Below are positions 53,271-64,000 of a stretch of DNA of 64,000 bases, piece by piece. The DNA lies in the NCBI GenBank assembly GCA_964016885.1, contig OZ024744.1, positions 56,730,001 to 56,794,000 on the forward strand, in the 5' to 3' direction. A model generated the notes under the pieces. That model worked only from the letters and a program-made list of their open reading frames with translations, was not told where the DNA came from and did no database searches. Positions within the stretch are counted from its first letter, which is position 1; every line of letters starts with the position of its first letter. This DNA comes from Eledone cirrhosa (taxonomy: Eukaryota). The position numbers were made by a program, and so were the translations under genes.

Positions 53271-56200
53271 ACACTACAAACACTACCAACAGTACCAACA
53301 GTACCCACACTACCAACACTACCCACACTACCAACACTACCAACACTATAAACACTACCAACACTACCAACACTACCCACACTACCAACACTGCCAACAC
53401 TACCCACAATACCAACACTACCAACACTACCAACACTATCAACACTATCAACACTATCAACACTACCAACACTACCAACACTACCAACACTACCCACACT
53501 ACCAACACTACCAACACTACCAACACTACCCACACTACCAACACTACCAACACTACCCACACTACCCACACTACCAACACTACCAACACTACCAACACTA
53601 CCAACACTACCAACACTACCAACACTACCAACACTACGCACACTACCAACACTACCAACACTACCAACACTATCAACACTACCAACACTATCAACACTAA
53701 CAACACTACCCACACTACCAACACTACCAACACTACCCACACTACCCACACTACCAACACTACCAACACTACCAACACTACCAACACTACCAACACTACC
53801 AACACTACCAACACTACGCACACTACCAACACTACCAACACTACCAACACTATCAACACTACCAACACTATCAACACTAACAACACTATCAACACTACCA
53901 ACACTATCAACACTATCAACACTACCAACACTACCAACACTACCAACACTACCCACACTACCAACACTATCAACACTATCAACACTATCAACACTACCAA
54001 CACTACCAACACTACCAACACTACCCACACTACCAACACTAACAACACTACCAACACTACCAACACTACCAACACTACCAACACTACCAACACTAACAAC
54101 ACTACCCACACTACCAACACTACCAACACTACCAACACTACCCACACTACCAACACTACCAACACTACCCACACTACCCACACTACCAACACTACCAACA
54201 CTACCAACACTACCAACACTACCAACACTACCAACACTACGCACACTACCAACACTACCAACACTACCAACACTATCAACACTACCAACACTATCAACAC
54301 TAACAACACTACCCACACTACCAACACTACCAACACTACCAACACTACCAACACTACCAACACTACCAACACTACCAACACTACCAACACTACCAACACT
54401 ACCAACATTATCAATACTACCAACACTACCCACACTACCAACAGTACCCACACTACAAACACTACCAACACTACCAACACTATCAACACTACCAACACTA
54501 TCAACACTACCAACACTACTAACACTATCAACACTATCAACACTATCAACACTACCAACACTACCAACACTACCAACACTACCAACACTACCAACACTAA
54601 CAACACTACCAACACTACCAACACTACCAACACTACCAACAGTACCCACACTACAAACACTACCAACACTACCCACACTACCCACACTACCAACACTACC
54701 AACACTATCAACACTACCAACACTACGAACACTACCAACACTACCAACACTACCAACACTACCAACACTACCAACACTACCCACACTACCCACACTACCA
54801 ACACTACCAACACTACCAACACTACCCACACTACCCACACTACCCACACTACCAACACTACCAACACTACCAACACTACCCACACTACCAACACTACCAA
54901 CACTACCAACACTACCAACACTACCAACACTACCAACACTACCAACACTACCCACACTACCCACACTACCAACACTACCAACACTACCAACACTACCAAC
55001 ACTACCCACACTACCAACACTACCAACACTACCAACACTACCAACACTACCAACACTACCAACACTACCAACACTACCAACACTACCCACACTACGCACA
55101 CTACCATCACTACCAACACTACCAACACTACCAACACTACCAACAATACCCACACTACCAACACTACCCACACTACCCACACTACCAACACTACCAACAC
55201 TACCAACACTACCAACACTACCAACACTACCAACACTACCCACACTACGCACAATACCCACACTACCAACACTAACAACACTACCCACACTACCATCACT
55301 ACCAACACTAACAACACTACCCACACTACCATCACTACCAACACTACCAACACTACCAACACTACCAACAATACCCACACTACCAACACTACCCACACTA
55401 CCCACACTACCAACACTACCAACACTACCAACACTACCAACACTACCCACACTACCAACACTACCAACACTACCAACACTACCAACACTACCCACACTAC
55501 CAACACTACCAACACTACCAACACTACCAACACTACCAACACTACCAACACTACCCACACTACCCACACTACCAACACTACCAACACTACCAACACTACC
55601 CACACTACCAACACTACCCACACTACCCACACTACCAACACTACCAACACTACCAACACTACCAGCACTATCAACACTACCAACACTACCAACACTACCA
55701 ACACTACCAACACTACCAACACTACCAACAGTACCAACAGTACCCACACTACCAACACTACCAACACTACCAACAGTACCCACACTACAAACACTACCAA
55801 CACTACCCACACTACCCACACTACCAACACTACCAACACTATCAACACTACCAACACTACGAACACTACCCACACTACCCACACTACCAACACTACCAAC
55901 ACTACCAACACTACCAACACTACCAACACTACCAACACTACCAACACTACCAACACTACCAACACTACCAACACTGCCAACACTATCAACACTACCAACA
56001 CTACCAACACTACCAACACTACCAACACTACCAACACTACCCACACTACCAACACTACCAACACTACCAACACTACCAACACTACCCACACTACCAACAC
56101 TACCAACACTACCAACACTAACCACACTACCAACACTACCAACACTACCAACACTACCAACACTACCCACACTACCAACACTACCAACACTACCAACACT

Positions 56201-59200
56201 ACCAACACTACCCACACTACCAACACTACCAACACTACCAACACTAACCACACTACCAACACTACCAACACTACCCACACTACCAACACTACCAACACTA
56301 CCAACACTATCAACATTACCAACACTATCAACACTACCAACACTACCAACACTACCAACACTACCCACACTACCAACACTACCAATACTACCAACACTAC
56401 CAACACTACTAACACTACCAACACTATCAACACTACCAACACAACCAACACTACCCACACTACCAACACTACCAACACTACCCACACTACCAACACTACC
56501 AACACTACCAACACTACCAACACTACCAACAGTACCCACACTACCAACACTACCATCACTACCAACACTACCAACACTACCCACACTACCAACACTACCA
56601 ACACTACCAACACTACCAACACTACCAACACTACCAACACTACCAACACTACCAACACTACCAACACTACCAACACTACCCACACTACCAACACTACCAA
56701 CACTACCAACAGTACCCACACTACCAAAACTACCATCACTACCAACACTACCAACACTACCCACACTACCAACACTACCTACACTACCAACACTACCAAC
56801 AATACCAACACTACTAACACTACCAACACTACCAACACTACCAACACTACCAACACTACCAACACTACCAACACTACTAACACTACCAACACTACCAACA
56901 CTACCAACACTACCAACACTACCAACATTATCAACACTACCAACACTACCAACACTGCCCACACTGCCAACACTACCAAAACTACCAACACTACCAACAC
57001 TACCAACACTACCAACACTACCAACACTACCAACACTACCCACACCATCAACACTACCAACACTACCAACGCTACCAACACTACCAACACTACCAACACT
57101 ACCAACACTACCAACACTACCCACACTATCAACACTACCAACACTACCAACACTACCCACACTACCAACGCTGCCAACACTACCCACAATACCAACACTA
57201 CCAACACTACAAACACTACCAACAGTACCAACAGTACCCACACTACCAACACTACCCACACTACCAACACTACCAACACTATAAACACTACCAACACTAC
57301 CAACACTACCCACACTACCAACACTGCCAACACTACCCACAATACCAACACTACCAACACTACCAACACTATCAACACTATCAACACTATCAACACTACC
57401 AACACTACCAACACTACCAACACTACCCACACTACCAACACTACCAACACTACCAACACTACCAACACTAACAACACTACCAACACTACCAACACTACCA
57501 ACACTACCAACACTACCAACACTAACAACACTACCCACACTACCAACACTACCAACACTACCAACACTACCCACACTACCAACACTACCAACACTACCCA
57601 CACTACCCACACTACCAACACTACCAACACTACCAACACTACCAACACTACCAACACTACCAACACTACCAACACTACGCACACTACCAACACTACCAAC
57701 ACTACCAACACTATCAACACTACCAACACTATCAACACTAACAACACTACCCACACTACCAACACTACCAACACTACCAACACTACCAACACTACCAACA
57801 CTACCAACACTACCAACACTACCAACACTACCAACACTACCAACATTATCAATACTACCAACACTACCCACACTACCAACAGTACCCACACTACAAACAC
57901 TACCAACACTACCAACACTATCAACACTACCAACACTATCAACACTACCAACACTACTAACACTATCAACACTATCAACACTATCAACACTACCAACACT
58001 ACCAACACTACCAACACTACCAACACTACCAACACTAACAACACTACCAACACTACCAACACTACCAACACTACCAACAGTACCCACACTACAAACACTA
58101 CCAACACTACCCACACTACCCACACTACCAACACTACCAACACTATCAACACTACCAACACTACGAACACTACCAACACTACCAACACTACCAACACTAC
58201 CAACACTACCAACACTACCCACACTACCCACACTACCAACACTACCAACACTACCAACACTACCCACACTACCCACACTACCCACACTACCAACACTACC
58301 AACACTACCAACACTACCCACACTACCAACACTACCAACACTATCAACACTACCAACACTACCAACACTACCAACACTACCAACACTACCCACACTACCA
58401 ACACTACCAACACTACCAACACTACCAACACTACCCACACTACCAACACTACCAACACTACCAACACTACCAACACTACCAACACTACCAACACTACCAA
58501 CACTACCAACACTACCCACACTACGCACACTACCATCACTACCAACACTACCAACACTACCAACACTACCAACAATACCCACACTACCAACACTACCCAC
58601 ACTACCCACACTACCAACACTACCAACACTACCAACACTACCAACACTACCAACACTACCAACACTACCAACACTACCAACACTACCCACACTACGCACA
58701 CTACCATCACTACCAACACTACCAACACTACCAACACTACCAACAATACCCACACTACCAACACTACCCACACTACCCACACTACCAACACTACCAACAC
58801 TACCAACACTACCAACACTACCCACACTACCAACACTACCAACACTACCAACACTACCAACACTACCCACACTACCAACACTACCAACACTACCAACACT
58901 ACCAACACTACCAACACTACCAACACTACCCACACTACCCACACTACCAACACTACCAACACTACCAACACTACCCACACTACCAACACTACCCACACTA
59001 CCCACACTACCAACACTACCAACACTACCAACACTACCAGCACTATCAACACTACCAACACTACCAACACTACCAACACTACCAACACTACCAACAGTAC
59101 CAACAGTACCCACACTACCAACACTACCAACATTACCAACAGTACCCACACTACAAACACTACCAACACTACCCACACTACCCACACTACCAACACTACC

Positions 59201-60000
59201 AACACTATCAACACTACCAACACTACGAACACTACCCACACTACCCACACTACCAACACTACCAACACTACCAACACTACCAACACTACCAACACTACCA
59301 ACACTACCAACACTACCAACACTACCAACACTACCAACACTGCCAACACTATCAACACTACCAACACTACCAACACTACCAACACTACCAACACTACCAA
59401 CACTACCCACACTACCAACACTACCAACACTACCAACACTACCAACACTACCCACACTACCAACACTACCAACACTACCAACACTAACCACACTACCAAC
59501 ACTACCAACACTACCAACACTAACCACACTACCAACACTACCAACACTACCAACACTACCAACACTACCCACACTACCAACACTACCAACACTACCAACA
59601 CTACCAACACTACCCACACTACCAACACTACCAACACTACCAACACTAACCACACTACCAACACTACCAACACTACCCACACTACCAACACTACCAACAC
59701 TACCAACACTATCAACATTACCAACACTATCAACACTACCAACACTACCAACACTACCAACACTACCCACACTACCAACACTACCAATACTACCAACACT
59801 ACCAACACTACTAACACTACCAACACTATCAACACTACCAACACAACCAACACTACCCACACTACCAACACTACCAACACTACCCACACTACCAACACTA
59901 CCAACACTACCAACACTACCAACACTACCAACAGTACCCACACTACCAACACTACCATCACTACCAACACTACCAACACTACCCACACTACCAACACTAC
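52750..60000 (+). repeat. Tandem duplication of a 3.4-3.9-kb higher-order unit (about 52750-56680 and 56680-60000)
   Basis: ACTACCTAC 52841/56774 and ACTGCCCAC 53021/56954 (offset 3,933 = 437 monomers); ACCAGC G at 55665/59040 (offset 3,375 = 375 monomers). Confidence 0.85.
53522..53881 (+). repeat. Local 180-bp (20-monomer) tandem duplication
   Basis: Lines 53581 and 53761 are identical, as are 53641 and 53821; ACTACGCAC at 53633 and 53813. Confidence 0.9.
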
Positions 60001-63000
60001 CAACACTACCAACACTACCAACACTACCAACACTACTAACACTACCAACACTACCAACACTACCAACACTACCAACACTACCAACACTACCAACACTACC
60101 AACACTACTAACACTACCAACACTACCAACACTACCAACACTACCAACACTACCAACACTACCAACATTATCAACACTATCAACACTACCAACACTGCCC
60201 ACACTGCCAACACTACCAACACTACCAACACTACCAACACTATCAACACTACCAACACTACCAACACTACCAACACCATCAACACTACCAACACTACCAA
60301 CACTACCAACACTACCAACACTACCAACACTACCAACACTACCAACACTACCAACACTACCAACACTACCCACACTATCAACACTACCAACACTACCAAC
60401 ACTACCAACACTACCAACACTACCAACACTACCAACACTACAAACACTACCAACACTACCAACACTACCAACACTACTAACACTACCAACACTACCAACA
60501 CTACCAACACTACCCACACTACCAACACTACCAACACTACCAACAGTACCCACACTACCAACACTACCAACACTATAAACACTACCAACACTACCAACAC
60601 TACCCACACTACCAACACTGCCAACACTACCCACAATACCAACACTACCAACACTACCAACACTATCAACACTATCAACACTATCAACACTACCAACACT
60701 ACCAACACTACCAACACTACCCACACTACCAACACTACCAACACTACCAACACTACCAACACTAACAACACTACCAACACTACCAACACTACCAACACTA
60801 CCAACACTACCAACACTACCAACACTACCAACACTAACAACACTACCCACACTACCAACACTACCAACACTACCAACACTACCCACACTACCAACACTAC
60901 CAACACTACCCACGCTACCCACACTACCAACACTACCAACACTACCAACACTACCAACACTACCAACACTACCAACACTACCCACACTACCAACACTACC
61001 AACACTATCAACACTACCAACACTATCAACACTAACAACACTACCCACACTACCAACACTACCCACACTACCAACAGTACCCACACTACAAACACTACCA
61101 ACACTACCAACACTATCAACACTACCAACACTATCAACACTACCAACACTACTAACACTATCAACACTATCAACACTATCAACACTACCAACACTACCAA
61201 CACTACCAACACTACCAACACTACCAACACTACCAACACTAACAACACTACCAACACTACCAACACTACCAACACTACCAACAGTACCCACACTACAAAC
61301 ACTACCAACACTACCCACACTACCCACACTACCAACACTACCAACTCTATCAACATTACCAACACTACGAACACTACGAACACTACCAACACTACCCACA
61401 CTACCAACACTACCAACACTACCCACGCTACCCACACTACCAACACTACCAACACTACCAACACTACCAACACTACCAACACTACCAACACTACCCACAC
61501 TACCAACACTACCAACACTACCAACACTATCAACACTACCAACACTATCAACACTAACAACACTACCCACACTACCAACACTACCCACACTACCAACAGT
61601 ACCCACACTACCAACACTACCAACACTACCAACACTACCCACACTACCCACACTACCCACACTACCAACACTACCAACACTACCAACACTACCCACACTA
61701 CCAACACTACCAACACTACCAACACTACCAACACTACCAACACTACCAACACTACCAACACTACCCACACTACCCACACTACCAACACTACCAACACTAC
61801 CAACACTACCAACACTACCCACACTACCAACACTACCAACACTACCAACAATACCAACACTACCAACACTAACAACACTACCAACACTACCAACACTACC
61901 CACACTACCCACACTACCAACACTACCAACACTACCAACACTACCAACAATACCCACACTACCAACACTACCCACACTACCCACACTACCAACACTACCA
62001 ACACTACCAACACTACCAACACTACCCACACTACCAACACTACCAACACTACCAACACTACCAACACTACCAACACTACCAACACTACCAACACTACCCC
62101 CACACTACCCACACTACCAACACTACCAACACTACCAACACTACCAATACTACCCACACTACCAACACTACCCACACTACCCACACTACCAACACTACCA
62201 ACACTACCAACACTACCAGCACTATCAACACTATCAACACTACCAACACTACCAACACTACCAACACTACCAACAGTACCAACAGTACCCACACTACCAA
62301 CACTACCAACACTACCAACAGTACCCACACTACAAACACTACCAACACTACCCACACTACCCACACTACCAACACTACCAACACTATCAACACTACCAAC
62401 ACTACGAACACTACCCACACTACCCACACTACCAACACTACCAACACTACCAACACTACCAACACTACACACACTACCAACACTACCAACACCACCAACA
62501 CTACCAACACTACCAACACTACCAACACTGCCAACACTATCAACACTACCAACACTACCAACACTACCAACACTACCAACACTACCAACACTACCCACAC
62601 TACCAACACTACCAACACTACCAACACTACCAACACTACCCACACTACCAACACTACCAACACTACCAACACTAACCACACTACCAACACTACCAACACT
62701 ACCCACACTACCAACACTACCAACACTACCAACACTATCAACACTACCAACACTATCAACACTACCAACACTACCAACACTACCAACACTACCCACACTA
62801 CCAACACTACCAACACTACCAACACTACCAACACTACTAACACTACCAACACTATCAACACTACCAACACAACCAACACTACCCACACTACCAACACTAC
62901 CAACACTACCCACACTACCAACACTACCAACACTACCAACACTACCCACACTACCCACACTACCAACACTACCAACACTACCCACACTACCAACACTACC

Positions 63001-64000
63001 AACACTACCAACCCTACCCACACTACCAACACTACCAACACTACCAACACTATCAACACTACCAACACTATCAACACTAACAACACTACCCACACTACCA
63101 ACACTACCCACACTACCAACAGTACCCAAACTACCAACACTACCAACACTACCAACACTATCAACACTATCAACACTATCAACACTACCAACACTACTAA
63201 CACTATCAACACTATCAACACTATCAACACTACCAACACTACCAACACTACCAACACTACCAACACTACCAACACTAACAACACTACCAACACTACCAAC
63301 ACTACCAACAGTACCCACACTACAAACACTACCAACACTACCCACACTACCCACACTACCAACACTACCAACACTATCAACACTACGAACACTACGAACA
63401 CTCCCAACACTACCAACACTACCAACACTACCAACACTACCAACACTACCAACACTACCAACACTACCCACACTACCCACACTACCAACACTACCAACAC
63501 TACCAACACTACCCACACTACCCACACTACCCACACTACCAACACTACCAACACTACCAACACTACCCACACTACCAACACTACCAACACTACCAACACT
63601 ACCAACACTACCAACACTACCAACACTACCAACACTACCCACACTACCCACACTACCAACACTACCAATACTACCAACACTACCAACACTACCCACACTA
63701 CCAACACTACCAACACTACCAACACTACCAACACTACCAACACTACCAACACTACCAACACTACCAACACTACCCACACTACCCACACTACCAACACTAC
63801 CAACACTACCAACACTACCAACACTACCAACAATACCCACACTACCAACACTACCCACACTACCCACACTACCAACACTACCAACACTACCAACACTACC
63901 CACACTACCAACACTACCAACACTACCAACACTACCAACACTACCAACACTACCAACACTACCAACACTACCAACACTACCCACACTACCAACACTACCA
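58034..64000 (+). repeat. Higher-order block A, distal copy
   Basis: Same marker order as 1-5650, at offsets of about 58,030-58,360. Confidence 0.85.

Larger units (their letters stand above)
47882..62092 (+). repeat. Longest phase-perfect block, 1,579 monomers (source of the 4,721-aa minus-strand ORF)
   Basis: Bounded by the 10-bp monomer ACAAACCAAC (47872-47881) and the 11-bp monomer ACTACCCCCAC (62093-62103); 14,211 = 9 x 1579. Confidence 0.9.
1..64000 (+). repeat. 9-bp tandem satellite array, consensus ACTACCAAC (reverse complement GTTGGTAGT), about 7,100 monomers, running off both window edges
   Basis: Every line is ACTACCAAC or a variant with 1-2 substitutions. ACTACCCAC is the commonest variant (10 of the first 40 monomers carry the CAC ending), then ACTATCAAC. 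Orientation never changes. G occurs on the + strand only in variant monomers. Confidence 0.99.

Noticed and set aside
47864-62029. Collagen- or silk-like Gly-X-Y periodicity in (GSV)n
   Set aside because: The Gly position is frequently replaced by Asp, Val, Ser, Cys, Arg or His, there is no Pro, and no terminal domains are present; this is incompatible with a triple helix.
6720-63995. Giant minus-strand ORFs encoding (VGS)n and (LVV)n, up to 4,721 aa
   Set aside because: They are automatic translations of a 9-bp repeat. Starts are GTG/TTG inside monomers, ends fall at indels or at the ACTACCTAC variant, two frames overlap throughout, no non-repetitive domain exists, and a heritable frameshift is propagated among copies.
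1-64000. CRISPR-like array or other repeat-spacer system
   Set aside because: There are no unique spacers; all sequence is contiguous 9-bp monomer and no cas-like or other real genes are present.
1-64000. Identity with Drosophila virilis-group 7-bp satellites (AAACTAC family) or a known telomere motif
   Set aside because: Only the ACTAC core and general composition are shared; period and sequence differ. I cannot assign a named family or host from this window.
1-64000. Synthetic construct, rolling-circle concatemer or pure basecaller artefact
   Set aside because: Nested duplications with progressive divergence, shared derived indels and regional subfamilies indicate an evolved genomic array. 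A concatemer would show a single fixed period.

Overview
The whole 64 kb is one uninterrupted head-to-tail tandem array of a 9-bp monomer, consensus ACTACCAAC (minus strand GTTGGTAGT), about 7,100 copies, all in one orientation. I saw no unique sequence, transposon, RNA gene or inversion. The long ORFs ((VGS)n, (LVV)n, (TTN)n, (LPT)n) follow automatically from a monomer whose length is a multiple of 3 and which lacks stops in most frames, so I do not call them genes. The informative signal is the order of variant monomers. Read as a barcode, it shows nested higher-order duplications at about 0.18, 0.38, 0.8, 1.2, 3.4-3.9, 5.1, 6.5, 7.5, 24-25 and 58 kb. It also shows a 1-bp deletion inherited by five copies, two domains with distinct variant content, and a 9.6-kb indel-rich zone that looks like poor long-read consensus. 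Best reading: a strand-asymmetric, probably eukaryotic satellite expanding by recombination. A centromeric or (sub)telomeric role is possible but cannot be shown from this window, and the host cannot be identified. Marker coordinates were counted by eye and block boundaries are approximate (about +/-100 bp).
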